64,000 nucleotides of DNA. Source: Octopus vulgaris. Its lineage: Eukaryota. The stretch lies in the NCBI GenBank assembly GCA_951406725.2, contig OX597825.1, positions 30,070,001 through 30,134,000 on the forward strand. Direction: 5' to 3'. Made by a program: the position numbers and the translations under genes. Under the pieces are notes generated by a model, which saw only the letters and a program-made list of their open reading frames with translations, ran no database searches and had not been told where the DNA came from. Below are positions 25,310 to 39,897 of the stretch, piece by piece; within the stretch, counting starts at the first letter, position 1; each line of letters begins with the position of its first letter.

Positions 25310-26845
25310 AACAGATTAGACAGCTGGAAAAGAGAAAATCCTAACATCGGGCTACAACAAGTAAGCTTGGATACCAAGAACCCTTCTAAGTATCCTAGCT
25401 GTCCCTAATAACACTATATTCTGGAGCTGTACTAAACTGGGTTTTATGCCTATTTCCTCTATCCATCATCAGATTTTTAGGTATATTTCCCACTGCACTT
25501 ATAATTACTGGTATACCTTTTACCCACACTTCCCATAGTCTCCGTAATTCAATGGCTAGGTTCTGATACTTTTCTATACCTCTCATGTTAATTTTTTCAT
25601 CATTTGGGACTGTAAAGTCAATTATCTGGCACTTTCTATTCTCTTTCTACTACTAAATCAGTCTTTCTGGCTTCTATAACTCTGTCAGTTTCAATGTTGA
25701 AGTCCCACATTTTATATTTCTTACTTTATAGTACTTTACTAGATTCATGTTCATACCATTTATCAGTTTGTTCAAATCCTAGCATTCTGCATAACTCCCA
25801 GCGGATCACTCTCCTGAGGTTGTCCTGTCTTTTCTTGCATTCTTTCTGTGCCAGCATGCTAGGTTCACTTACTATATGAATAACACTTTCCTCTTTTGAT
25901 TTGCATAACCTACATTGGGAATCTACTTAGTTTTGTCTATATTGGCTTTTATTCAATTAGTCCTTAATGCTTGATCTTGCGCAGCTACTAGCAAACTTTC
26001 TGTCTCCCTTTTCAGTTTTTCTGTCTGCAACCATAACCATGTCTCATTACTACTATTTGCTGCAATTATTTTCGTGAATCTACCATGCAACGCCTTCTCC
26101 GGCCAGTCAGATAACTTCTGTTCTTTTTTCTGGCTTTTAACTTTATTTGTGTTTTTGGATTCTCTACATCTTGCGGTGACTCTAGTAGCTTTTAGTAAAC
26201 TTTCTATTACCTGCATAGGAGTCTATATTTTAACCCTTTTCTGTCTTCCTTTCTAGGTAAGTATAATCTTGCTACTCCTGCTCTTGGGTGGAGTCTTACA
26301 TTTATATTGAATGCCTTCCTAATTCCTATGTTTAGCTTTGCTAATTTAGTTTTTGTTCAATCTACAAAAGCTGCTGAGTATCTAAGTAATGATACTGCCC
26401 AAGTATTAACAGCCTTCACTAAATTCAAATGACTTAGCTTTGACTTCATTTGCTTCCTCACCCTTCTGATGTACTCCTCAATTTTCGTTTTCATTTCTGC
26501 AGTTAGTAACCTGTCAAATTCTAATACTCCTAGATGCTAATAACTCTCTCCTTCTTTTAATGATTTTAATGCCTGTCCATCTAGTAACTGGATGCCTTCG
26601 CTGTTGACTACCTGTCTCCCTCTGATGACTAATATTACACACTTATCTATGCCAAATTCCATACCTGTATCTTTGCTGAAGAATCTTACAGTCTGTATTA
26701 AGGAATCTATCACTTTTTCATTCTTATAAAACTTCAGATCGTTCATGAAGAGCAAATGGTGAAGTTTTCCATTACTATTTCTGAACTGATATCCTGCCTT
26801 AGCCTCCCTTAACACCAAACTGAGTGGGCTCAAACATAAGACAAA
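25310..26845 (-). mobile_element. Dong/R4-like non-LTR retrotransposon fragment (RT C-terminus, zinc knuckle, restriction-like endonuclease)
   Basis: CLSPLSLVL, HLLFMNDLKFY, GMEFGIDKC, KRETESLLVAAQDQALRTN, CRLC..H, IDFTVP, EKYQNLAIELRRLW. Flanked by AAT/ATC repeats. Confidence 0.85.
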
Positions 26846-26866
26846 TATCATTATTACTATTATTAA

Positions 26867-26909
<43 letters not shown>

Positions 26910-27533
26910 GTTTTTATAATTGTTGTTATTATTAAGTTGGCATTTGGAATATAACTTAACAAAATACATTTGCATAGAATCATGACAGAATGTAGAAAAT
27001 CTGTGTGTTAAAGGTGATGACAATGTAGCTAGAATATCAAATATACATAATGATATTAACAAAGATATTGAAATGTCATCAAAGAAATATTTAATTAGTC
27101 CTGATATTTTGAGCTAAATGTGCCTTTAGAAAGGTATTAAAGAACTAGAGAAAGAGAAAGAAAGTGTGTGTGTGAGAGAGAAAGAGAGAGAGAGAGAGAG
27201 GGATACAGAGGTAGTAAAATTATATGTCCATTCTGTCAGGGTCAAATTCTGCAGACTATACCACTCTATCATGACAGAAAGAATTTATGTAATGTGAGCC
27301 CTTTCAAATAGACTGTTCTGTATCATAAAGCCAGAATCAACCTCATTCAATTTGATATTGAATGGGCTCATAGTTCTAATGTTTGGCATCTATTTTTTTT
27401 AAATATTTGCATGATTTTGAATTTTCTGCTGTTTTTATTTAGCATCACATTTTATATTTGGATGATGCCATTCTTACTTGTAACTCCTTCAATAATGAAG
27501 AAGAAATGAAATTTGTTTCATCAAACAAGTCAT

Positions 27534-27745
27534 TTATTCTTTTATTTGTTTCAGTCATTTGATTGCGGCCATGCTGAAGCACCGCCTTTAGTCGAGCAAA
27601 TCAATCCCTGGACTTATTCTTTGTAAGCCTAGTACTTATTCTATCGGTCCCTCTTGCTGAACTGCTAAGTGACGGGGACGTAAAGACACCAGCATCAGTT
27701 GTCAAGTGATGTTGGGGAGGGGGGCAAACGCAGACACACAAACAT

Positions 27746-27779
<34 letters not shown>

Positions 27780-27941
27780 GACGTGTGCTTTTCAGTTTCC
27801 GTCTACCAAATTCACTCACAAGGCTTTGGTCGGCCTGTGGCTATAGCAGAAGACACTTGCCCAAGATGCCACGCGGTGGGACTGAACCCGGAACCATGTG
27901 GTTGGTAATCAAGCTACTTACCACACAGCCACTCCAGCGCC
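27534..27941 (-). mobile_element. SINE family A
   Basis: Reverse complement of family A. Confidence 0.85.
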
Positions 27942-29279
27942 TTATGCATATAATGATGACACAACAATTATGTACCTTAATCAGAATAATAAATAAAAAG
28001 GTAGGATTTGAACATGTATCTCTGTTTTGACTAATGTAGCACTTTAATGTCACAATGAGATATTTTTTAAAGGTCCAGGTTCAGATGTGGGGGCATATCC
28101 CATTGCAGTGTATTCCTACATTGAACATTTATTAATATATTTCCAGGTCCTCCCAAGCAACCATGATCAGACCCCCCACTTTGCAAGATACCTCCTCATC
28201 TGCTGTGACTCTTTGGAATATAGTTGACCAGTCAAGGGCCATTACCCAGCTGGATCTTCAGTGAAGAAGAAACGGCAAGCAGGGTTTAACCTGGAAAATC
28301 AAGCAACGTGGCCCAACAGTTCTGAGTTGGTACTTTTAAATTATACAAGTAACAGGTTGCATTCCAGTTTCTCAGAAGAGTCCAATGACTTGTCTCAGAT
28401 ATTTATACAAACAAAAACAAAATTCCTGAAAATATTTCAAAACTGTAATAAACATTTTCATCAATAACACTGATATTTCAAAATAAATATAATAAAAGTT
28501 ATAAGAGAGACTATTTTCGTACACAAGTTACATAATTAATATCAAATTACTGCAATTTGGCTACATTTTAATCTATTTGGTGATGCCACAGTTTTCTGAA
28601 GAAACTGAGGGGGGGGGGAGAAAGAGATAGTATGAGAAACAGAGACAGAGAGAGACAAGAAGAAAGCAAGAGAGAAAGAGAGAAAATAGAAACCAGTGAA
28701 ATAAAATAGGTAATTGTAACAGTTTCTTTCCAAATTTTTTAATGGTTCCAACAATTTGGCTAATAGCTAGTTTTTAGCATCATCAATATCATTTCCATCG
28801 TCGTTATCATCACCATGACCACGTCAGAACCACACCATCATCATCACCATTATCATCAACATTACCATTATTTTTATGCTTGTTGTTGCTGTTGTTCTTG
28901 TGATTATCATCGACATCAACATTAAAGTAATTCATATTTTGTTTTTGTTTTTTTTTTACTTACTAAATCTAATTGGCTAATACTTTACCTACCTTAGTAG
29001 AAATTTCATGTGGCTATGAAAAATATTTTCTATTAGCCCCTTCTGAATATTTCCAATTTTCTCAACACTTTCCTTATTACAGAATGTTATAATGATATTG
29101 CCGATATGTGTATGCAGATGTGTGTGTCTGTGTCTGTGTGTACGTGTATGCACATATAAATATATATATGAGTATATATGCATATGAATATATGTAGATA
29201 TGTGTGTATATGCATGCACACAATATACACACATATATATACATATATATATAAATATGTACATATATATATATGTACA

Positions 29280-29328
<49 letters not shown>

Positions 29329-30568
29329 GTATATATATTCACACACACATACACACACTCAAGAAATTTCTTCTAACTTTCTATAAGAAATTATCTATGA
29401 AGAAAAAAAACACACATTTGGGACTACTTTGAAGAAATGTAGCTATAAGTTTGACAGGGGTTGGAAAAGCAATTAGCTTTTCTATCATTATTATTTCAGC
29501 TCAGATCTTCTTGTAAGATATTGGGGAGAAAACTAAGCATCGAAGTTATTTCATTGGTAAAATGCCCGAGTTTTTATGATCATGTTTCATTGGAGACATC
29601 AACGAAGTGTATTATGAATTGCTAGTTAAATGCCTGAGTTTGACAGGCAGAGAAAAGTTCAAGAATATCTAGACACCAATAGTTTTAAAAGAACCGAGCA
29701 TTGGTAGACATTTCTGTTCCTTTGAGAGATTTTAAAATCTAAGTAAAGAATCTATATGAAGTATGTTCGCTCATGGTTTTCAGCTACATTTAACATAGCA
29801 ATGATGTTTGGCAATAAAATATGCTTTGCAAACACAGTGCTAACCCCTTTAAAATTCCTAATGTATTTTGATGTATAAATAGTGAAAGCTTGACAAAGTT
29901 TTAGGATCATAAGCTAAGGAGAGAAGTTCAGTTCTAAAAACTGCTAGCATAAAACTCTTACTCTATGAAGATTGCCCCGTTGCTATCTACTGGTCAGGAA
30001 GAACAGGCAGTTTTCCCTGTTTAGAGTTTATGGTGAATGAGATAGAGCAGAGAATAAAATTGAATAAACTTTCCTCTTTGACCAATTCCTCATCAAATTC
30101 TTCAAGTTGAACTTGGAAGGGAAGGTGAAGGGAAAAAGTAAAGTCCATTGGTGGGATTTTAGTTATTCAAAGGTAACACCAGCAGAAAAAGAACAGTAGA
30201 CGTTTATATAATGTCAGTATTAATGAGATAGTGACAATGGAGGCTTTGGTAAATGTTACATTGTAACCATTGGTGACAATCCTATACAATAACGGTATGA
30301 TGCTCATTAGGTTTTATATTGGGACTCTTGATAGAGAAAAGGGTGAAAAATCAATCAATAAATTGATATTTGGTTGGGTATTTTCTTAATGAATAAAAGC
30401 AGTACATCAGAAGCCTGAATGAGTTTATGCAGAAGTGATGGCAGTTGAAACAATTAATCATCACCAGGCAAATGAATACCTTTAATAGGGTCGGCTTTGT
30501 TTGTAGGCATTCAGACCAAGTCTTCGATCTGAAGATAACATGATTTCTTGATGAAATAATCCCTACTG

Positions 30569-30873
30569 CTGTTTGTTCCTTCTCGAGCCATGCTTGGCTC
30601 ATAAGGGCTGGTTTCCCGGTTTCCTTGGTGTATAGGTTCCTCACCTGGATGGGACGCCAGGCCGTCGCAGGTGAGCTGCAAGGTGCAGGAGGAAATAGTG
30701 AGACAAAGTTGTGGTGAAAGAGTCAGCAGAAGTTCACCATTATCTTCAGCCGGAGCCATGTGGAGCATAGGTGTTTCGCTCATAAACACACACATCACCC
30801 AGTCTGAGATTCGAACCCATGATCCTTCGACCACGAGTCTGCTGCTCTAACCACTTGGCCATGTGCCTCCACC
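30569..30873 (-). mobile_element. tRNA-derived SINE family B
   Basis: tRNA-like head with A/B boxes. TSD aatccctactg at 30558-68 and 30874-84. Confidence 0.85.
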
Positions 30874-31361
30874 AATCCCTACTGTAGTGATCCATAAGTT
30901 TGTATTTTATTCCTCCTTTTTTTTATCAAACAGTCTCAGTTTTAGGCCTTTAGTTTGTGACAAGCTTACTATCTCATTGGGCTTGGACTTATTTCAGTTT
31001 CCATTCGGCTGGAACTTGTCCCATGTAAGTTATGGAGAGTGTAACACTGCCACGAGAAAGGGATGCCAATCCATTGCAAGAATTAATCTCTAGTTGTTGT
31101 GAACACTGACTTTTAGCTGAGTGGATTCAAGCAACGTAAGACAAAATGCTTTTTTATTCCAGGACACAATGTGTTGTCACTTGATCTGGGAATCTTGGAT
31201 ACATACCTGTAAGGTCATGGTTAAAACTTGTTTGAGAGTTGATAATTAAGTTAATAGACTCTCAGAATAATGTGGTTGCGGACACGGTCAGAATCTTGTG
31301 GTCGCCTCTGATGAAACCCAATAAAGTTCGAAAATCGATTAAGGTTGTTCATCATTTCTAT

Positions 31362-31782
31362 AGGTGCAGGAGAGAGTGGCTGTCTGGTAAGTAGCTTGCT
31401 TACTAACCACATGGTTTTGGGTTCAGTCCCACTGCATGTCACCTTGGGCAAGTGTCTTCTACTATAGCCTTGGGCTAACCAAAGCTTTGTGAGTAGATTT
31501 GGTAGACAGAAACTGAAAGAAGCCCGGCGTATATATGTATATGTGTATATATATGTGTGTGTGTTTGTGTGTTTGTGTTTGTCTCCCCAACATCGCTTGA
31601 CAACCAATTCTGGTGTATTTATGTCCCCGTAACTTAGCAGTTTGGCAAAAGAGACCAATAGAATAAACACTAGGCTTAGAAAGAATAAGTCCTGGGGTCA
31701 ATTTGCTCAACTAAAGGCGGTGCTCCAGCATGGCCGCAGTCAAATGACTGAAACAAGTAAAAGAGTAAAAAAGAGTAAAAGA
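31362..31782 (+). mobile_element. SINE family A
   Basis: Full-length similarity to 6608-7013. Confidence 0.85.
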
Positions 31783-32319
31783 GACTCGAATAGAGATGAG
31801 GTACCTTGTGGTATTTATTCTGGCCCTTTGTGTTCTAAATGCTATCACCTAATTTAACAGTCGCCTTTACCTGAATGTCTTTCGCTGAGTTCCATCAAGC
31901 AAGCATTCGGGCAGAGTCTCTTACTTGAAGGACTCTCCGCCTTAGACAAGCAGATAGATAAAGTCACATGACTGAAATTCGAGTCAATTTGATCTTTACA
32001 ATAAGTTTGACTCTACCCTTTTCAGCATAGAGTGACACTGTCAACAAATATTCTGTGGTTATCCTTACATTTACTTTAAAATATTAATTTTATATAAACA
32101 TTTTCTCTCTGTTTGTTTGTTTGTCAGTCTTTCCCTCTCTCTTCTCTTGCTCACTTCTCTCTCTCTCTACACACATATACATATATGTATATTTTATGTA
32201 TGTATGTGTGTATATATATATATATAACTTTCTAAGACATCTCAACGTTTCTAAAACAAACTTCGTTTGTTTACGTTGATCGTAATTTGAATTTAAAGAT
32301 ATATATGTATACACACACA

Positions 32320-32325
32320 CAGAGT

Positions 32326-32362
<37 letters not shown>

Positions 32363-32420
32363 TGTGTGTGTGAGAGAGAGAGAGTGTGTGTGAGAGAGAG
32401 AGAGTGTGTGTGAGAGAGAG

Positions 32421-32480
<60 letters not shown>

Positions 32481-32673
32481 TGATGGATGGATGGATGGAT
32501 GGATGGGTGGGTAGGTGGATGGATGGATGGATGGATAGACAGATGGATGGATGGATAGATAAATAGATAGACAAATAGATATGGAGAGAGAGAGATACAT
32601 ACATGCACACAAACACACACGCATATGTTCATACAAACACAGAGATATATATATGTGTGTGTGTGCTTGTGTA

Positions 32674-32720
<47 letters not shown>
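32320..32720. repeat. Compound GA/GT/GATA/GATG microsatellite
   Basis: Direct inspection. Confidence 0.95.
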
Positions 32721-32723
<3 letters not shown>

Positions 32724-33275
32724 CGTCTGCATGTGTGTATTACAGTGAATGTAATAACAGAATATCCTTTTAAGTTACAGACTTTCAGTTACATATCATT
32801 GGCATATACTCAGATACAAGAATATTTCCTGTTTCTTTGAGTGCTCTGCTAAAGTTAGTACACGAAGATTATTTTACAATTGTCTCTACAAAAATATATT
32901 TTTCCATGTTATATATAACTAAGTGATTTAGTATGCACATGCAGACGTGCACGTGTGTGCATGTGCATGCACATGAATCCCAGTCTTTTTTATCAGTATG
33001 TAGCATTCCTGTATGTTGTGAGAAGCAACTAAAAAAAACTTGGTAAGAAGAGAAGCATTCTGACTATAAAACACTACCTCAAGAAAACCATCCAACACAT
33101 ACCAGTATGAGGAAAGAGAAAACAGATTAAAAATACTCCTTCCGATATTATTGCTACACACACACACACACACACATACACACACACATACACACACACA
33201 CACACGAATATATAAATCATCGTCATCATCATTAGTAGAATTTTACTAAATCGTCCCAGTATACTAAGTTGTCAG

Positions 33276-33581
33276 TGGAGGCACATAGCCTAGTGGTTAG
33301 AGCAGCGGACATCACGGTCAAGGGATCGCAGGTTCGAATCTCAGACCGAGTGATGTGTGTGTTTATGAGCAAAACATCTAAGCTTCACGCAGCTCCGGCA
33401 GAAGGTAATGGTGAACTTTTACTGACTCTTTCACCACTACTTTCTCTCATTCTTTCCTCCTGCATCTTGCAGCTCACCTGCGACGGACCGGTGTCCCATC
33501 CAGGTGGGGAACCTATATGCCAAGGAAACCAGGAAACTGGCCCTTATGAGCCAGACATGGCTTGCAAAGGAACAAACAACA
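33276..33581 (+). mobile_element. SINE family B
   Basis: tagcctagtggttag..ggttcgaatc. TSD atactaagttgtcag at 33261-75 and 33582-96. Confidence 0.88.
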
Positions 33582-33664
33582 ATACTAAGTTGTCAGAAAA
33601 TGATTACCAGTTCATTGGGGAATGTTACCAAAGATGGGTTAGTACTCTATCCCAGTGTATGCAT

Positions 33665-34233
33665 ACTGTTTATATTAGTCAGACTGCTGTCCTCATCTTG
33701 GTTGTTACTTTCACTACATTCCAAATGTTGTATGCTCCTGTCTTCTTCAGGTGTCTTGTGTTGAATTCAGTTGTTGTATTGGAATTTCAGGCCCAACTTC
33801 TTATTTGATTTCCAGGGGTACACCGATCTCAAACCGTTCTCTGCATTTCATGATTTTTTTTTCTTTGCTTCAGATAAATCATGTGAATTACGTTAGTGTC
33901 TTGCCCGGGATTTAACTCAGAACCTATAGGTAGCTGCACTGCATTAACCAATGTCTTATTCTACTAAGCAGTGCAGTCACCTACAGCCTCTGAGTTCAAT
34001 CCTTACGTAATTCGCATAATTCAACTGAAGCAAAAAAAAAAAGGGTCACAAAATACAGAGAGCGGATTGAGAGCAGTGTACCCATAGAGATCAAATACAA
34101 TGTAAAGTTCAAAATTCCAATACAGCAAATGGATTGAACACAAGACACCTGAAGATGGCTGGAGCTTACAACAGCTGAAATGTTGTGAAAGCAACAATCA
34201 AGATGAGGAGACCAATCTAATTGATATACACAG
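33665..34233. mobile_element. Older palindromic element of the same architecture (tRNA-like heads at the centre, hammerhead-like tails outward)
   Basis: Inverted arms around a centre at ~33955. Right arm reads gacac-CTGAAGA-t-ggctg..cagct-GAAA-tgtt-gtg (34144-34187) followed by caagatgagga, as in the 62-kb element. Confidence 0.6.
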
Positions 34234-35027
34234 GAATTTCAACCGTGTTTCGTAGTCTGCTACCACAACAGCTCCTTTATAGGATCCAGTTAGCTCAAGA
34301 CATCATCAGGAGGAATCCTGTCCGGCTTCGGTCCTACTCCTCTACCATTTTGATGTGGCGGGGAGTGTCTTCAGCTCTGGTGTTGAGTGCATGTCTTCTT
34401 TCTTCTTTCTTCTGTTCCCTGGCCTCTTTGATGTAGTGTCAACGAGTGTCAGTGGGCGACACAGTATATATAGAATAGACTCCTTTCTGCAATATAGAAT
34501 TATATCCCAGACTATATACTTATAACACATTTATTGAACAACCTAAAGAATAGTTCAGTGCAGATTTTTAAAATGTTTCTTGGGCCTTAGAAAATATAGC
34601 AACTACATTATTTCTGTAATTATCAAACTGGTATTAATTTCTACATCAGCAGGACATCTCCCTGTAATAACAATAGCATGACAATAAAACAAAGATAAAT
34701 ATGGAATTCTTCTAAAATCTCTTTAATTGTTTAGAATTAGAATCATATTTCAATTTGAGTGATATTTTATACAGAGTTTTGTGTAAAATGTATAATGATA
34801 ATGATGATGATGTATTATATTTTGTGGAATGTTTTTACTGTTGTTTGCATTTATAAGAACCATTTTTTGTTAATTCTTTTTTTCCTTCCTTAATTAAACA
34901 TTTTATTTATTGAGTTCTTTGCAAACACTTTGTTCGTTTATTTGTACATCTGTACAGTTAATGCTCACTTCACAAGGTCTGTCTGCCTGCCTGTCTGTCT
35001 CTGTATCTCTCTCTGTCTCTTTTTCTA

Positions 35028-35264
<237 letters not shown>

Positions 35265-35510
35265 GAGAAAAAACACGATTATGCAATTCAAACAATGATA
35301 GACATAAACCAAATCATAAATAAAAAATAAAATATATTTTAAAACATATAACTAGATCACAAAGAGTACAAAAATGAATAAACAATATATAATAAGTAAA
35401 AAGGCTAGGTACATTTCATTGCTATAATTTAAATTCAAATTACAATCAAATTTATTGTTTATTCATTTTTGTACTTTTTGTGAACTAGTTATATGTTTTA
35501 AAATATATTT

Positions 35511-35566
<56 letters not shown>

Positions 35567-36099
35567 TCTGTACGACTCTTTAACTCTTTCATTTAGCCCC
35601 CTTCACACTTTCTTATTCCACTTTTCTTTTGCTCACTCCCACCCTCCCTTCAATCTCATTACCTTCCCTCCTCCTTTACCTTACTCTGCTCCTGTCCTTT
35701 TTTCTCGCTTTCTTGTCCCTCCCTAATTCTTCAATACCTCTACCCCTACCTCTCTCCTCTCCTTCCACGTGACCGGTGTTCCGCCAAGCCTGACCTTCCT
35801 TTCTTGATTTCATTACCATCCTTGTAGCATCTCTTATATTCCTTCCCATGATTTTCATCTATTACGTTCCTGCCATAAGGCTTCACTACCACACATGCCA
35901 GCTTAATTTAATTCGCCCTTAGTCAAAAGACACGTGTTTGTTGTTTGTATTTGTAATTGTGTAACATTTCTCCAATTTTTTCCGTCCTTGTTGTTGTATA
36001 CTTTCGCTTGCTTTCCTCCAAAGAATCTAGTGCTCTTAGCTTAGATTAGAGCAGTCTTGAGAGTAACCGGCCAAAACTGCAAAGATGATCTGGTACTCA

Positions 36100-36512
36100 A
36101 CTGAAGATTGAATGCTCCAAATGAAGCATCTTTGTTTTTCCTGTCCTTCTTCGTATCATCTAACTGTCCAAATGTTTTGTTGCCTGAACGCTTTTGGGTT
36201 GTACACATCCTTTTGTGTTTCCGCTTCACTATTTCCTGAGAAACAGTGGACCTAGAGACGTTCAGGAGAAGGGAAATCTTGAGCACAGGATTATTAGACA
36301 AGTGGCACTTGATCACCTGACCACATTGAAAGTCCATTAGTTCTACAGCATGTCCTATTCAGATGTCTAGTGCCGTCTACCAGCTACAGAGATTGCTGAC
36401 CATGTGTTCTACATGGTAAATGGTAGTACTGTGGCACCCTCTGCGATCTACTGTGTCTCCTTCTATGATAAACACACATATCCTGGGTTGTCCAGTTACT
36501 TTTGATCACATA

Positions 36513-36515
<3 letters not shown>
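36100..36515 (-). mobile_element. Tc1-like transposon 5' fragment
   Basis: DFQCGQVIKCHLSNNPVLKISLLLNVSRSTVS..RSG (Tc1 paired-like HTH). TIR cactatgtgatcaaaagta on the minus strand ending at ~36514. Confidence 0.75.
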
Positions 36516-36555
<40 letters not shown>

Positions 36556-36645
36556 CATCATCATCATCATCGTTTAGCGTCCGCTTTCCATGATGATGAT
36601 GATGATGATATATATCCATATATACATACATATATATATCCATAT

Positions 36646-36691
<46 letters not shown>

Positions 36692-36719
36692 GTATATATA
36701 TTTAGGTATGTACATATGC

Positions 36720-36751
<32 letters not shown>

Positions 36752-36857
36752 ATTTTAATGTGTGTATTTGTTTTTGTGCTTATATATACACAGAGAGATA
36801 GTGCATACTTTCCATGCTCTTATTCAATAATAATATGTGCTATATGTAAATATATAC

Positions 36858-36903
<46 letters not shown>

Positions 36904-37232
36904 CGCATACACTTATGTACATGTGTGTCCTCCAAATGTCCCCTTCCCCAATTAAATCTTTAAATCAACACAGATTTTTTTTTTTTTGCTTTTAATATTT
37001 GAAGAGCTTTCATCTCTTGCAGAAATTGAAATCTGTGTACGACACTTGAGGCCAGAGAGACACCATATTCTATGTAATGTCTAAGAGCATTGGGAAGAGA
37101 GAAGGAATAAGATGATGTAAAACAAAAACAAAAATAAAAATAAAAACATAAATAAAATCAATACCACATAGAGAAATTTAAGCCTCACAAAAATTCTGAC
37201 ACATGTTATTGACAAATAGATACTCTTCTTCT

Positions 37233-37264
<32 letters not shown>

Positions 37265-37449
37265 TTCTTCTCCTTCTGCTTCTTCTTCTTCTTCTTCTGC
37301 TTCTTCTTCTCCTCCTCCTTTTCCTCCTCCTCCTTCTTCTTCTTTGCTTCTTTCTCTTTCTTCTGCTACATATCTAAAAGCCATTTAAGATTCTTCCAAA
37401 ACTTAAGTTAAAAAGAAAACAACAACAACAACAATAACGACAAATAATA

Positions 37450-37512
<63 letters not shown>

Positions 37513-37801
37513 TAATAATGATAATCCACAATAGTATAAACAATAATAATACCCACAACACAAATACTATTTTCCTCTCCTATCTTTATAATTTCTATTA
37601 CTCCAATTAAACAGTTCTGTAAGGCATGTTTATTTTCTTTCTAAATCAATTTCTTTATTTCTTGCATTATTTGTTTTTTTTCTCCTTTTCACTTGATATC
37701 TTTTCTTCTGTTTTTGCCATCCTATTATTCACTGTATAATCCTACCACCAGCTCTTCAAATGAATAATATATATATATACACACATATATACTTATATAC
37801 A

Positions 37802-37881
<80 letters not shown>

Positions 37882-37884
37882 TAC

Positions 37885-37951
<67 letters not shown>

Positions 37952-37986
37952 TAGATAGATAGATAGATAGGTATATAGATATGTAC

Positions 37987-38045
<59 letters not shown>

Positions 38046-38734
38046 TATACATATACATATTTTAATGTATATAAAGATCAACACCCACAGGCAGATTATG
38101 TCTAATGTTTAGAAAACAATTATCATTCTTCAAGTGGTACTTAAAGAAGAAGGTGATGGTGAAAAGGGAGATGCTGCCCTGCAGTAAATTTTACAAATGG
38201 TGGATAAGAATGGTGAAAATTGGCACAGCCAAATTGGCCTCAGTCTTTCATTGTAGCCATAGTTTTGGCACACTTGGCATTACTACATCGAAGTAATCCA
38301 GAACAGCCCTCCACATGTGTGTCTCACATTTTATTTTCATGTTCTTTCTTGTTCTTGTAGTTTTATGCTTGTTATTGCTATTTATCATTATTTAGTTATG
38401 AAAGTGTCTTTATTGTTCTTGTTCGCATCCATTTATTCATTCTAAATCCCCTACTGTTTCACTTTTGCTATTTTTTTCTCTTTCATATATAGCTTTCCCA
38501 TTATTGTCCACAATATCTTGGACCCTTGTGGCTAATAAAAGAACTCATTATTATTGCTTGTGGTACTACCATTATTCTTGTTGTTACTGTTCTTATTCTT
38601 ATCATTATCATTGCATTGTTGTTTTTACTATTTACTGTAGCTATTTTCGTTATATTTGTACTATTACGATTTTTGTTATTACCAAAGGTATTATCTTAGT
38701 ATTTTTGTTACTTCCATTATTATTATTATTATTA

Positions 38735-38784
<50 letters not shown>

Positions 38785-39667
38785 TCTTATTATTCACACT
38801 TTCATAAATATTGAATTTGACCAAAAAATTTTTTAATGATAATAATAATAGTAACAACAACAATAAAGAAGAAAAAATTGTTAGAAAGCAAGAAATTATT
38901 TCAAGTTCTTCACTAATAGCAATTTTAGTGTGAATAATCAACATAATCAAGAGTGTTTAGAGGAGAATTTTATTGATGCTTAGAGTCGATGGCGGGAACA
39001 TACAAAAGGTGGCAGTGTTTTGTGAGCTTAGCTAATAAGAAGAAGAAAAAGATAGACGTTGATAGAATAACAGATAGACAGACAGTGCTAATATGAAAAC
39101 ATAAAGATAAAGCCAGAGGAGTAAAGCCAGGTTCAAGAAAGTGAGAGAGAAGCGGAGAGTGGAGAGGGTCGAAGATTATGCATTTTAAAAAGAATGGACA
39201 AAAATGTTAGCTTGCTGTAAGAAAAGAACTCAAAATATTTTGTGTAGAGACATGCCTGATATGAGATTAAATTTAGCAAAATTTAGCAACATTTGAAAAC
39301 ATCAAAATTTTAGTTTTTTTTTTATTGCTTGTTTTTAAGGACACACAGACACATGCACGTATATACATGTATATTTTATGCATATGTATATGTGCATGTA
39401 TGTTTATATATGAAGGTGTATGACTAAGTGGTTTGGTGTGTTGCACTCATCATTGTAAGAGTGTGGTTTCAATTCCTAGACCAGTTACACATTATGTAAC
39501 CAAAGCAAAGTACTTCATTTCATGTTATTCCATTCTATTCAGTTGAAAATGAGGTATGTTGGTCTGCTTCCCTAGCTGGAGGAGGGGTATCATTCAAAAC
39601 TTAAAATGATGTAAAGTGCATTGTGACCAGTGATATATAACAACAACCAATAGTCTGGTTAATCACT

Positions 39668-39703
<36 letters not shown>

Positions 39704-39707
<4 letters not shown>

Positions 39708-39897
39708 AGAGTTCACGAAAAAAATAAAAGACAAAGACAGGTGGTGTAGAAAACAAACAGATGTATTAGTATAATGCTCAGTAATTGAAAAAGTCTTTTA
39801 CGTTTTGAGCCTATGCTCTTCTACAGAAAGGGACACAAAAAAACAAGGAGAGAAACAAGGAGAGAAAAAATGTGTGTAGTGGCTACTGAGCTATCAT
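39704..39897 (-). mobile_element. Copy of the ~190-bp (TA)n-embedded repeat
   Basis: Reverse complement of 1535-1720. (TA)n on both sides. Confidence 0.7.

Noticed and set aside
29500-30300. Possible decayed coding sequence (similarly 39960-40450)
   Set aside because: No motif could be recognised with confidence by eye.
33276-33350. tRNA genes (also at 48689, 56520 and 62562)
   Set aside because: These are SINE heads with bodies, tails and TSDs, and have no complete cloverleaf acceptor stem.
34260-34530. Possible LTR/PBS fragment
   Set aside because: GC-richer block, but no clear termini, TSD or verifiable PBS.
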